This document shows, piece after piece, positions 21,119 to 31,286 of a DNA stretch of 64,000 bases. The stretch covers positions 672,001-736,000 of the forward strand of contig CAWBZV010000003.1 in assembly GCA_963793305.1 (NCBI GenBank), given 5' to 3'. The position numbers and the translations under genes are program-made. Source of the stretch: an uncultured Gemmatimonadales bacterium (GTDB taxonomy: Bacteria > Gemmatimonadota > Gemmatimonadetes > Gemmatimonadales > Gemmatimonadaceae). The notes under the pieces are model-generated. The model did not search any database and was not told where the DNA came from. It saw nothing but the letters and a program-made list of their open reading frames with translations. Position 1 is the stretch's first letter; each line of letters starts with the position of its first letter.

Positions 21119-23287
21119 ATGCGTGGGAAGTCCGCTAGGCCAATCGCCGCTGTTCTTCGTTTCATCGTCGTTGCGTGTCTACCGTCCGCAGCGCTTGCCC
21201 AAGGGTGGGTCACGCCCCGGTGCGATCCGGCGGCTTGCCGGCCGCTACCGCCGTTCAGCCGGCCACAAGTCGTGCGCACGTCCAGCGACGTGCACGCCGA
21301 GCTTGCGGATCGCGTCGTCCGGTGGGAGGTCAAAGAGACCTTCCGCAACACGGGCGGCCCGCTCGGCGAAGCCGACTATCTCTTCCCTCTGCCACAGGGC
21401 GCGGCGTTCGAGAACCTCCAGCTCTCGATCAACGGCGAGCTCGTCTCCGGCGAGACCTTGGGCGCCGACGAAGCCCGTCGCGTCTACGAGGACATAGTCC
21501 GCCGCAAACGCGATCCGGCCCTCGTCGAGTGGATGGGCTTTGGGTTACTCCGCGCTCGCATCTTCCCGCTGGCTGCCGGCGAAGAGAAGACCGTCGTCGT
21601 CAAGTTTCAGAGCGTCGCCCAGCGCGAGGGCGATGCCCTGCGTCTGGACTATCTCCGCAGCGACGCCAAGAGTGACAGCGCTTCGGACGCCGAGCGGTGG
21701 AATTTCACGCTCACGTATCCGCTGCATCATGGCTACGGGACTCCCTACTCGCCGACGCACAACGTCGCCCGTGTGCACGATGGCACAGTTGCCGTGACCG
21801 GGCCCGAGCGCGCGCTGACAATACTGGTGCCCGTCGCTCGCCAAACTGGTGGCGCGTCAATCACCGTGCTGCCATATCGCGCCAGTAGCGAGGACGGTTT
21901 CGCGATGATTACGCTGACGCCGCCCGAGGGGCGTGCGTCGAAGACCCCGCGAGATGTGACGTTCGTGCTCGATGTCTCGGGTTCGATGAACGGCAAGAAA
22001 ATCGAGCAAGCGAAGGCTGCCGGCCGGCAACTGGTGGAGTCGCTCCGACCGGACGACAGATTCCGGCTCATCGATTTCTCGACCAACGTCCGAACGTTCC
22101 GCGACGGCTGGGCGCAAGCGACCCCGGAGAACGTTGCATTGGCCGAGAAGTACTTCAGCCAGCTGGAAGCCGAGGGCTCGACGAACATCGAGGCAGCGCT
22201 CGCCGAAGCGTTGAACAACCAGAGCGACGACGCCGAGCGGTTGCCGATCGTGCTGTTCATTACCGATGGAGAACCCACGGTAGGCGAGCGGAACACGGAC
22301 AAACTGGTTGCCGGCATGGTCGCCAAGCGCGGCCGCACGCGCCTCTTTACGTTCGGCTTGGGCACCAACGTCAACACGTCACTGCTAGAGCAACTGTCGC
22401 TCGAAGGCCGCGGCACCGCACAGTTCGTGCGCCCGGATGAGTCGGTCGAGCGCGCCGTGTCACTCGTAGCCGGCCGTCTGAGCGGCCCGGTGGCGACGGA
22501 TCTCGTGGTACATACCGACGACAACGTGCAGCTCAAGAGCCAACTCCCGTCGGGCGCGATCGATCTCTTCGAAGGGCAGGACGCGATCGTGCTCGCGCGC
22601 TACACGGGCACTGGCAGCACGCACCTCACGTTCCGCGGCCATACCGCGTCCGGCCCAGTCGAATGGTCGGAGACGGTGACGTTCCCGGACCGCGAGCGCG
22701 CCAATCCGTTCGTCGCTCGCCTCTGGGCGACCCAGCGCATTGGCTATTTGAGCGCCGATCGCCACAAGCACGGCGCGAACCCGGAGGTCGACGACGAGAT
22801 CCGGCAGCTCGGCATGCGGTTCGGCATCCCAACCGAGCTCACGTCGTATCTCGTGCAGGAGCCACAACACGACTTCGCCCTCACAGGGGTTGCGGGCGGG
22901 GTGGCAAGAGCCCCGGCGCCGGCGATGCAGGCGTTCGCCGCGGCGAAGGAAGCGTCGGTCGCGCGAGTAGCCACATCGTTGGCGGTGATGGATTCGGTCG
23001 CGGCGCCTTCCCGCAAAAAAGTTATGCAGTCGGGCGGCCGGACGTTCTGGCGCCAGGATTCCGTGTGGGTCGACTCGCGCTGGCGCGATGGCATGCGCAT
23101 CGTCCGCGTCAAGCCGTACTCCACGGCGTACTTCGCGCTGCTCGACGCGGTGCCCGAGCTCAAGTTCGGGTTCGCGGTTGGCGACGCCGTGCGGGTGGCT
23201 GGACGCGCGGTCGCGATCGAGGTCGCTGGCGACGGTGTCGAGAAGCTGTCGGACGCCGAGGTCGCGTCCGTCCGCTCGGACTGGTAG
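21119..23287 (+). CDS. Secreted VIT + vWA domain protein
   Basis: Signal peptide; VIT motif YEDIVRRKRDPALVE; MIDAS DVSGSM...T...ITDG; LWA..RI. Confidence 0.9.
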   Translation: MRGKSARPIAAVLRFIVVACLPSAALAQGWVTPRCDPAACRPLPPFSRPQVVRTSSDVHAELADRVVRWEVKETFRNTGGPLGEADYLFPLPQGAAFENLQLSINGELVSGETLGADEARRVYEDIVRRKRDPALVEWMGFGLLRARIFPLAAGEEKTVVVKFQSVAQREGDALRLDYLRSDAKSDSASDAERWNFTLTYPLHHGYGTPYSPTHNVARVHDGTVAVTGPERALTILVPVARQTGGASITVLPYRASSEDGFAMITLTPPEGRASKTPRDVTFVLDVSGSMNGKKIEQAKAAGRQLVESLRPDDRFRLIDFSTNVRTFRDGWAQATPENVALAEKYFSQLEAEGSTNIEAALAEALNNQSDDAERLPIVLFITDGEPTVGERNTDKLVAGMVAKRGRTRLFTFGLGTNVNTSLLEQLSLEGRGTAQFVRPDESVERAVSLVAGRLSGPVATDLVVHTDDNVQLKSQLPSGAIDLFEGQDAIVLARYTGTGSTHLTFRGHTASGPVEWSETVTFPDRERANPFVARLWATQRIGYLSADRHKHGANPEVDDEIRQLGMRFGIPTELTSYLVQEPQHDFALTGVAGGVARAPAPAMQAFAAAKEASVARVATSLAVMDSVAAPSRKKVMQSGGRTFWRQDSVWVDSRWRDGMRIVRVKPYSTAYFALLDAVPELKFGFAVGDAVRVAGRAVAIEVAGDGVEKLSDAEVASVRSDW

Positions 23288-23297
23288 CGTTGGGATC

Positions 23298-23828
23298 ATG
23301 GACGACGCCGACCGCCTATTCCGCGCGTATCACGACCCGCTCGTGCGCTATCTGACGCGGCGGCTCGGCGATCGCGATTGGGCCGAGGAGGTCGCGCAGG
23401 AGACGTTCGTCCGCGCGCTGCGGCAGCCCACGCTCACGAACGAGCGGGCGTGGCTGTTCGCGGTCGCGACGAACCTCGTGCGCGACGAGGCGCGGCGGGA
23501 TATCCGTCGGCGGAAGCGTCTGACGTTGCTCGCAGCCGAGGCGCGAGAAATGGAGCGGGTCGAGCCGGAGTCGCCGCTCGAGCGGGCGCAGGAGGCGGCG
23601 CTGGCGCGCCGGGTGGTCGACGCGCTGGCTGAACGGGACCGGTTGGCTTTGCTGATGCGAGAGGAAGGGTTGAATTACGAGGAGATCGCCGAAGCGCTCG
23701 GTCTGTCGATCGGGTCGATCGGCACGACACTCGCCAGAGCGCGTAAGCGGCTGGTGACTGCGTACGAGGCGCTGCAGGCGACAGGCACGCGTGGGGCGCG
23801 AGGAGCAGGAGGGACCCATGGAGCGTAA
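23298..23828 (+). CDS. ECF RNA polymerase sigma factor
   Basis: AEEVAQETF, WLFAVATN, region 4 EGLNYEEIAEALG..IGTTLARAR. Confidence 0.93.
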   Translation: MDDADRLFRAYHDPLVRYLTRRLGDRDWAEEVAQETFVRALRQPTLTNERAWLFAVATNLVRDEARRDIRRRKRLTLLAAEAREMERVEPESPLERAQEAALARRVVDALAERDRLALLMREEGLNYEEIAEALGLSIGSIGTTLARARKRLVTAYEALQATGTRGARGAGGTHGA

Positions 23829-25056
23829 CAAGGGGCACATCGACGAGGGCACGCTGCACGCATGGCTCGACGGCGCGCTCTCGCCCGACGAGTCCGCGCG
23901 CGTGGAGGCGCACGTCGTCTCGTGCGCGGCGTGCAGTGCCGCGGCGGCCGAGGCCCGCGGGCTGGTCGCGGCCGCGTCGCGGATTTTGACGGCGCTCGAC
24001 GACGTGCCGGGAGGTGTTGCTCCGGCTCGCACGTTGTCCGACCGCCGGCACCGCCTGTGGACCGGATGGCCGCTCCGCGCCGCCGCGGGTGTGCTCTTCG
24101 TCGTGGCTGGCTCCCTCGCTGTGCTTCAGCAGATGGGAACGGAGCATCGGGCTGTCGCCCCGCCACCGAGCGCGAGTCCCGTGCAGGTCGCGCCTCCAGC
24201 TTCGCCTCCGGTCGTCGAGATGAAGAAGGCGCCAGCGCGGAAACAGCGGCCAGTCGCTCCGCCTGCGGCGCCACAACCGGCGCCAGCCGCCGCGGCTCAG
24301 GCGGCCGACGAGGCTCGAGTGGTTCCGGAGAGCGACAGCATCGCCAAGGCCGTCGACAGGCCCGTCACCATTGCTGGCCGCGTCGTCGAGGCCAAGACTG
24401 GCCAGCCGGTGCCGCAGGCTGTCGTTCATCTCTCGAGCCCGCAGGTCTCGGCGGTGACCGACTCCACGGGTGGCTACGCCATGGCAATCCCGGCCAGCCA
24501 GGCAGCCAGCCAACCCGCGCGACTCGACGTGAGGCGGATCGGCTACGATCGGGCGACCGATTCGGTCACCGTCGCGCGGGAAAAGTCGTCGGGAGATACC
24601 GTGCGACGCGATTTCGCGTTGCAGCAGGCGACGACGACGTTGAGCCAGGTGATGGTCACCGGCGCCGCGCGAAAGGAGGTACCCGCTGCGGCGCCGGCGG
24701 CCGCGGCAGGGGTAGCAGGGGGCGTCGCTAAGGGTGCCGTGACCGGGCTCGCTCATCGCATGCGAACTCCGCGCGCTCCCGACGGCTGCTACGCGATCGA
24801 CGCGGCGGGGTTGCCGGAGCAGATCGACTTGCCGAGCCTGCGCACGCCGCCGGCCGACAGCGCGAGGTTCCGGACGACGTCTTGGGGGTTGGTCGCGCCC
24901 GATTCGATGCAGATCATGCTCATCGACACGTCGGGAGTGACGCAGAAGATCACCTTCCAGCTGGGCGACTCGGTCCTCCGCGGTCAGGTGACGCGATCCG
25001 ACTCGAGCGGAGCTAAGCCGTTCGTCGCGACGCGGACCGGGGCGCGGTGTCCGTGA
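23818..25056 (+). CDS. zf-HC2 anti-sigma factor with TM helix and carboxypeptidase-regulatory-like domain
   Basis: HxxxCxxC (HVVSCAAC), TM segment, IAGRVVEAKTGQPVPQA...TDSTGGY...RRIGY. Confidence 0.85.
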   Translation: MERNKGHIDEGTLHAWLDGALSPDESARVEAHVVSCAACSAAAAEARGLVAAASRILTALDDVPGGVAPARTLSDRRHRLWTGWPLRAAAGVLFVVAGSLAVLQQMGTEHRAVAPPPSASPVQVAPPASPPVVEMKKAPARKQRPVAPPAAPQPAPAAAAQAADEARVVPESDSIAKAVDRPVTIAGRVVEAKTGQPVPQAVVHLSSPQVSAVTDSTGGYAMAIPASQAASQPARLDVRRIGYDRATDSVTVAREKSSGDTVRRDFALQQATTTLSQVMVTGAARKEVPAAAPAAAAGVAGGVAKGAVTGLAHRMRTPRAPDGCYAIDAAGLPEQIDLPSLRTPPADSARFRTTSWGLVAPDSMQIMLIDTSGVTQKITFQLGDSVLRGQVTRSDSSGAKPFVATRTGARCP

Positions 25057-26305
25057 GCAGTCCTTCAATCGCGTCGCACGCGGTCTCCGCACCCCGCTCG
25101 GCGCGCACGCTGGCGCCCACCGCGGCAGCGCGAGTCGCGTAGGCGGAGTCACCGAGCAGCTCCCGTATCGCCGCTCCGGCCGTGCGCCGGTTGTACCGCC
25201 CTCGTGGAATGACCTTGGCGACGCCCAAGCGCGCGCAGCGCGCGGCGTTGTCGGGTTGATCGTGACTGAACGGCACGATGACCGCGGGCTTGCCGGATCG
25301 CAGGGCCTGCCCCGTGGTACCAACGCCACCTTGGTGGACGATCACCGACGCCAGCGGCATGACGACGTGATGCGGGAGATAAGGAACCGCCAGCACGTGC
25401 TGCATGCCGCGATACCGCTCGACGGCTCGCGGCTCCGGCCCAACGAGCGCAATGGTCCGTCTCCCCACCGCGACCGTCTCGGCGAACACGCCGTCGTCAA
25501 TGAGCACCGCCGAGGAGCCCAGGGTGACAACGATCGGCGGCTCGCCCTCGGCCGCGAACGCGCGGGCTTGCTCGGCCGACGCTTCGAGTCCAGGCGGCGT
25601 CTCGTCGTGAAACAAAAATCCTGTAATCAGCGCTTGCGGCGGAAAGTCGGGTTGCGGCGCGGCGAGCGCGGCCGAGTAGAGCCCGAGCACGAGATCGGGC
25701 GCGTGCTGTCCTTCGAACAGCGGGTGTGCGTCGAGCGTGAGCCCCTGGTCGCGTGCGAGCTCGTGCAGAGGCCCGAGCCACCCGGCGGTGATCCGCTTCA
25801 TGGCCCCATTCGCCTTGCGCGCCACCCGTGGTCCCAGGCGACGGAGCAGGCTAGAGACCCATGGCGCGGCCGGCATGAGCGGGGGGTCGAAGACCGAGAA
25901 GAACGAGAGCGGTGCGAGAACGGACGAAGCCCAGCGGAGCGAGGGGCGCTTTTTTACGATGAGCGGCCCAGCGAACGTCAGCGGGTGTGTGAGCAGCAAG
26001 TCCGCGCCTGTGACTGCATCGTCCAGATCCGCGTAATTCTCGCGCGTCATCTCCAGCACCATCTTGACGACCCGCTCGCTCCCCCGCATCTGACCCATGA
26101 GCGACTGCATGAGCGCGCGGTCGGACACGTTGACGTTGGGCCTCAAGGGATGGAACGCGAGCCCGGCCGACGTGACGATCGGCTCGTGCGATGGGCTGGT
26201 CGCGATGACCGGCGTGTGGCCGCGTGCGGCGAGCGCGCGGCCTAAGGTGAGATATGGAAACAGGTCGCCGTACGAGCCAAGAGTGGCGAGTACGACGCGG
26301 GCCAT
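25013..26305 (-). CDS. GT1 family glycosyltransferase
   Basis: GSYGDLFP...RGH, TLGS, HQGGVGTT, PFSHDQPDNA. Confidence 0.92.
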   Translation of the reverse strand: MARVVLATLGSYGDLFPYLTLGRALAARGHTPVIATSPSHEPIVTSAGLAFHPLRPNVNVSDRALMQSLMGQMRGSERVVKMVLEMTRENYADLDDAVTGADLLLTHPLTFAGPLIVKKRPSLRWASSVLAPLSFFSVFDPPLMPAAPWVSSLLRRLGPRVARKANGAMKRITAGWLGPLHELARDQGLTLDAHPLFEGQHAPDLVLGLYSAALAAPQPDFPPQALITGFLFHDETPPGLEASAEQARAFAAEGEPPIVVTLGSSAVLIDDGVFAETVAVGRRTIALVGPEPRAVERYRGMQHVLAVPYLPHHVVMPLASVIVHQGGVGTTGQALRSGKPAVIVPFSHDQPDNAARCARLGVAKVIPRGRYNRRTAGAAIRELLGDSAYATRAAAVGASVRAERGAETACDAIEGLLTDTAPRSASRRTA

Positions 26306-26306
26306 G

Positions 26307-27011
26307 TTATGTCCGAGGGTTGGTGGCCCAGATGGTCAGATCGGTCGTGAACCCCCGGTCGTCCATGGTGAGCATCCCGAGGATCGCGTGCGCGACGTCC
26401 TGGGGTCGGAGCTTGTCTTCGCTCACGGTCTGCGACCGGCCGGCCGCGCGCGCGAAGTCGGTGAGCACTTCGCTCGGATTCACCTCCATCACGCGCACGT
26501 TCGACGTTCTGAGCTCGGCGCGCCAGCACTCGTTCATACCGCGGAGCGCGAACTTGGACGCCACGTAGGCCGAGCCACCGATATACCCACGCGATCCGGA
26601 GGTCGAGCCGACGTTGACGATGTTCCCGTACTGTCGGTCGACGAAGTGCTTGGCCGACTCCCGGGTGACGAACATCGTGCCCGTGATATTCGTGGCCAGC
26701 AGTCGCGTGAATTTGTTGGTGTCGATGTCGAGGAGCGGCGACGAGTAGCCGAACGCCGCGTTGTTGATCAACACGTTGTAGTCACCCAGCTCGGCGATGA
26801 CCCGGCGGACGAGGCTTTTGACCGACGCCTCCTCGCTGATGTCGCACGGGATGCCGAGCACACCGAGATCCAAGGCGGCCTGCTTGAGGCGATCGGCCCG
26901 CCGGCCGCAGATGGCGACTTTCGCGCCGGCCGCCGCGAGCTCTCTCGCGGTCTCGTAGCCGATGCCGGAGCTGCCCCCGGTGACGAGGGCGTACGCGTTC
27001 TTGAGGTTCAT
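26307..27011 (-). CDS. Short-chain dehydrogenase/reductase
   Basis: TGGSSGIG, NNA, YVASK. Confidence 0.95.
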   Translation of the reverse strand: MNLKNAYALVTGGSSGIGYETARELAAAGAKVAICGRRADRLKQAALDLGVLGIPCDISEEASVKSLVRRVIAELGDYNVLINNAAFGYSSPLLDIDTNKFTRLLATNITGTMFVTRESAKHFVDRQYGNIVNVGSTSGSRGYIGGSAYVASKFALRGMNECWRAELRTSNVRVMEVNPSEVLTDFARAAGRSQTVSEDKLRPQDVAHAILGMLTMDDRGFTTDLTIWATNPRT

Positions 27012-27014
27012 GTT

Positions 27015-27716
27015 TTACGGTTTGAAGTCAGGATCCAGAATATACCCGCGCCCCGGGATCGTATGCAGGAGACGACGCGGGCCGCCGGGGACGGACGGGT
27101 CGTCGCCTTCGATCTTGCGCCTGAGTGCGGCGAGCGAGTTCTGGTACGTGCGGCTGTGGTCCGTGAAGGTCTGCTCCCATACGGCGGCCGCGATCATCTT
27201 GATGGTGACGATGCGCCCCGCGTTCCGCATGAGATAGCGCAGCAGCCGAAACTCGATGCGCGTGAGCTCGATCGCGCGTCCGCCGCGGTGGACGGTGTGC
27301 GAGGTTTCGTCGAGCTCCAGGTTGTCGATGCGCATGACGAGCGCGCCGGTCGCGGTCACCGTGCGGCGCACGAGTGCCCGGATGCGGGCGAGCAGCTCGG
27401 GCCAGGCGAAGGGCTTGGCGATGTAGTCGTCGGCGCCCGCCTCGAGGCCCCGGACGCGGTCTTTCACCTGATCGTGTCCCGTGAGGATGATCACGGGAAT
27501 ATCGATGCCGGTCTGCCGCATCTCGGCCAGCACGTCCATGCCGTTCTTCTTTGGCAGCTCGATGTTGAGGCAGACGAGGTCCGGCGGCGTGCGGCGCACG
27601 GAGTCGAGGGCCGCGTCGCCGTCCTCGGCGAACCGCACGTCGAAGTGCTCGCCGCGGAGGAGGCGGCCGAGCAGCGCACGAATCGACTCCTGGTCCTCGA
27701 CAACGAGGACCGACAC
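27015..27716 (-). CDS. OmpR-family response regulator (Asn at the phosphoacceptor position as sequenced)
   Basis: VLVVED, PDLVCLNIELP, GADDYIAKPF, LTRIEFRLL, LHTIPGRGY; start uncertain. Confidence 0.88.
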   Translation of the reverse strand: MSVLVVEDQESIRALLGRLLRGEHFDVRFAEDGDAALDSVRRTPPDLVCLNIELPKKNGMDVLAEMRQTGIDIPVIILTGHDQVKDRVRGLEAGADDYIAKPFAWPELLARIRALVRRTVTATGALVMRIDNLELDETSHTVHRGGRAIELTRIEFRLLRYLMRNAGRIVTIKMIAAAVWEQTFTDHSRTYQNSLAALRRKIEGDDPSVPGGPRRLLHTIPGRGYILDPDFKP

Positions 27717-28249
27717 TGTCCGCACAGATTCGGGCGTGACAGGGAGGGGGAGGCGAAGTGACACCTCGGGTGGTCGACCGGGTCTCATGAGTTGTTGCCA
27801 ATGTCGGCACACACGCGTACTGAGCGCAACGGTTGATTATCGGCGAGCGGGTGCCCAGGGCGTAGCGGTCGGTCAGGGGTCGGTGTCTATGAGGGAGAGA
27901 GCGGAGACGGGAGGCGAACGGCGCGCGGCAGCTTCTGATGAGCAAACGACTTACGTCAAGAACGCCCGCCAAGGATCATGAGAAAAATCTTGCACGGTTG
28001 AGGATTGCTCTTCGTTCGCTTAATACGTACCTCTCCCTTACAAAACGGGTGTGTGGTCACCGGCATTGCGTCCGACCGCGGCGGACTGGATTCTGGTGAC
28101 CCGACACTGTTCGGTGACAGCGTGCGCAGCCGTAGCCCAATGACTGCGCGTCGGGATTCGTGGGCAGAACAGCCAGGACATCGCTGGCAGGTCGCGCCAG
28201 CGGGAGCGTCAAGTTGCAACTGTCGAACGAAGGACCTAGCACGAACACC

Positions 28250-29161
28250 GTGAGTGCCGTGGGCACTACCACGAGTACTACTCCGGTGGACAACACGGCC
28301 GTGGCGGCGGTAAATGGAGCGACCGCAGTGAGCGCGACTCCCTCGCCAGTCTCGGGGCTACGCCGCGCGACGGGACCAGCGCATGTGGCCGCGCTCCTTC
28401 TACGGAAACCCGAGCGGGCGCACTTGGAGCGCTCCCTCAAATCTCGGGCGACGATCGCGTTCTGTGACCGTGTGGACTCGCTCATCCAGTTCGCGGAGGC
28501 CGGCCCGTTGTCGGCGGTCGTGACCGAGCTTCGTGACATCGATGGCGAGGTGACCGGCCAGACGATCGCGCAGATTCGGGAGCGGTTCCCGACGTTGCCG
28601 ATCGTGATCTTCGTGTCGCTCGAGGCTTCGGATGTCCACGAGCTGGCGCACGTGCCCGAGCTTCGGGCCACGGCGGTGGTGATCCGGGCGTACGACGACC
28701 TCGCGGCCGAGGTGCTGGCCGCGATTCGGACGGTGCCGGAGCACCCAGCCGAGGTGAAGATCCTGGATACGGTGCACCGGCATGCGCCGCGGGGGCTGGT
28801 CAACCTGTTCGACTTTCTTGCGCACGCGGCGGTCCATCCGATCACGGTCGAGCAAGCGTCGAAGGGAGTGAGGGTTCCCCGGCGGACCTTGGGTGATCAG
28901 CTCAAGCGGGCGAATCTCCCGCCGATGGAGCGGCTGATCGGGTGGATGCGGCTTCTCCACGCCGCGTGGAAGATGGACGGCCATGGCCGCACGGTGGACT
29001 CGGTCGCCAACGAGCTCCAGTTCAAGTCCGGGTCGGCGCTCCGGCACATGGTCAAGCGCTACACCGGTCGGACGCCATCCGAGATCTGGTCGCTGGGCGG
29101 GTTTGCCTACCTGCTCACCCAGTTCGAGCACTCGTTGTGGGGTCCCGCAAACGTGCAGTGA
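28250..29161 (+). CDS. AraC-like HTH regulator with degenerate receiver-like N-terminal domain
   Basis: C-terminal MRLLHAA...TVDSVANELQF.SGSALRHMVKRYTGRTP; start uncertain. Confidence 0.75.
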   Translation: MSAVGTTTSTTPVDNTAVAAVNGATAVSATPSPVSGLRRATGPAHVAALLLRKPERAHLERSLKSRATIAFCDRVDSLIQFAEAGPLSAVVTELRDIDGEVTGQTIAQIRERFPTLPIVIFVSLEASDVHELAHVPELRATAVVIRAYDDLAAEVLAAIRTVPEHPAEVKILDTVHRHAPRGLVNLFDFLAHAAVHPITVEQASKGVRVPRRTLGDQLKRANLPPMERLIGWMRLLHAAWKMDGHGRTVDSVANELQFKSGSALRHMVKRYTGRTPSEIWSLGGFAYLLTQFEHSLWGPANVQ

Positions 29162-29368
29162 GTGTGACACAGATGTAAATCGCGGTAACAGTATTCAACG
29201 TGACATGGGCGGCGGACGTTTGCTCTCCTTTATTTGGGGGCAACGAACGCCGCTCAGACGTTTCTATGCATCTTCGTACTTGCGGCGTTGCAACGTTCGC
29301 CTATGATGTCCCCGGTCCGCTCGTGGCGTCCGCCATGAAGCCGGCCGAGTCGCCTTGCGGGGGCCACG

Positions 29369-30113
29369 ATGACGAGCGTCCAGCCAGCCCTGAATTGGAC
29401 CGGCGAGTGGTGGGTGCCAGCTGCTCCGGCTACGCCGAAGCCCGAACCATCCCAGCCGGAGTCTCCGCCACTGGCGGCTCAGACACATGACGACGCGTCG
29501 TTCGCGCCGCCGACGCCATGGCGGGCCGCGACGTACGAGGAGCGCAACGAGTGGGCGGGGAAGGTCGACTCGCTCGACATGATGGCGGCCCTCCGCGAGG
29601 GCGACGAAGACGCCTATGAGGCGCTCTTCCGCGAGTACTATCAGCAGCTCTGTCAGTTCGCGTACCGCTACGTGCGCTCGCCCGAAGCGTCCGAGGAAGT
29701 CGTGCAGGAGGTCTTGGGCGCGTTGTGGCTTCGTCGGGAAGAGATCGCGGTACGCGTGAGCATCAAGAGCTACCTGTACGGCGCGGTGCGATATCGCGCG
29801 TTGAATCTGGTCGCGCGCAACAAGGTCGAGGCCACGTGGCTCGCGCAGGCGTTGCAGAATGGCGCGCCGGCGCTGGCGACCGAGCGGGCCGCGGACGATC
29901 AGATCGTCCTCGACGAGCAGGTGTCGGCGCTCAAAGCCGCGGTGGGTGAGCTTCCGCCGAAGCGCCGCTCGGTGTTTGTATTGCGGTCGACGACGCAGAT
30001 GAGCTACGCGGAGATCGCCGAAGTACTTCAGAACGTTGGTCAAGAATGTCGAGGTACAGTTACGGCGTGCGACGCACTCTTTGCGAGCCGCACTCCCACA
30101 GCACGCGGACTAA
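29369..30113 (+). CDS. FecI-like ECF sigma factor, frameshift near 30022
   Basis: AYEALFREYY, EEVVQEV, YLYGAVRYRALN; removing one base restores EIAEVLQTLVKNVEVQLRRA ending at TAA 30111-30113. Confidence 0.88.
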
Positions 30114-30209
30114 TTGCTCAGTCGCTCATCCTGTAGGGTTCGCACGGGGTGGCCGGTCCGGGTTACGATTCGAGGGTTGCCCGACTGTGATCATCACCCC
30201 GGATAGTGA

Positions 30210-31286
30210 ATGGAGATTCCCAACGACATAGACTGGTCTCTGATCGCGAAATATCTGGCGGGTGAGGCGAGCCCCGCTGAGACCGAGCTCGTTCTTCGGT
30301 GGGCGGCGTCCGATCCCACGCATGCGAGCGAGCTCGAGGCGCTGAGGGGCGGCCGGCGCCAGCCTGATACGAGCGCCCAGAAACCACCACAGTTCGATGT
30401 TGATGCCGCGTGGGCGAAGACTCCGGTCGCTCGCGCACGCGCGTCGCGCGCCCGTCGCGCCCGTGTCCCGCGCCTGAGCGTTGAGACCCCGCGCCGGAAG
30501 CGTCCACGCGTTATCGCCGCGCTGTCGCTGCTCGCGGCCGCGGCGGTGCTGGTGATGGTCGCACCTCGCGCCTGGCGGACGTTCCAAGAACGTCAGTCGC
30601 GCCTGGCGCAGCGGCCGACCGATGATGACAAGATCTACGAAACACACAAGGGCGAACGTAGCAAGATCGAGCTCGCCGACGGCACGTCGATCGCGATGGC
30701 GGCCGACACGCGGCTCCGCGTGTCCTCACACTACGGTGAGTCACGCCGTGACGTGTTCCTGACAGGCGAAGCGCTCTTCAACGTCGTGCACGACGGCAAC
30801 AAGCCGTTCGCCGTTCACGTCGGTGATCTCGTCGCCCAAGACTTGGGCACCGAGTTCGGCGTGCGCGCCTACGCCGGCAAGAAGCTCCAGATTGTCGTCG
30901 CCAAGGGCGCCGTCTCACTCGGCGTCGACAAGAGCAAGCCGCGCTCTTCGTCGATCCCCGATGTCACGCCCGTCAAACTCTCCCCGGGCGACTTGGGCCA
31001 ACTCGACTCCACCGGCCAGATCCAACTCGAGCACGGCGTCAACGTCACGCGCTACCTGGGCTGGAGCGAGGGCCGCTTGCAGTACCAGCTCGCGCCGCTC
31101 GACGAGATCATCGCCGATCTCGACCGCTGGTACGATGTCGACATCCGCCTCGCGGACTCCTCGCTCAACACGACGCGCGTCACGATGTCGGTCACCGGCA
31201 AGTCGGTGGACGACGTCATGACCGTGCTCGCCGCGGCCCTCGCGCTGCACGTCGAGCGCAAGGGTCGAGTCATCCGGATGTATTAG
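30210..31286 (+). CDS. FecR anti-sigma factor
   Basis: IAKYLAGEAS, TM helix, T.KGERSKIELADG, GEALFNV.H, LGTEF, WSEGRL...LDRWYDV. Confidence 0.92.
   Translation: MEIPNDIDWSLIAKYLAGEASPAETELVLRWAASDPTHASELEALRGGRRQPDTSAQKPPQFDVDAAWAKTPVARARASRARRARVPRLSVETPRRKRPRVIAALSLLAAAAVLVMVAPRAWRTFQERQSRLAQRPTDDDKIYETHKGERSKIELADGTSIAMAADTRLRVSSHYGESRRDVFLTGEALFNVVHDGNKPFAVHVGDLVAQDLGTEFGVRAYAGKKLQIVVAKGAVSLGVDKSKPRSSSIPDVTPVKLSPGDLGQLDSTGQIQLEHGVNVTRYLGWSEGRLQYQLAPLDEIIADLDRWYDVDIRLADSSLNTTRVTMSVTGKSVDDVMTVLAAALALHVERKGRVIRMY

Noticed and set aside
23434..27761. Long opposite-strand ORFs such as 23434-25329 and 26097-27761
   Set aside because: Arg/Pro-rich shadow frames of well-supported genes, typical of high-GC DNA.
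30915..31282. C-terminal extension of the hydrolase overlapping fecR
   Set aside because: Antisense read-through of fecR, probably from a lost stop near 31283.
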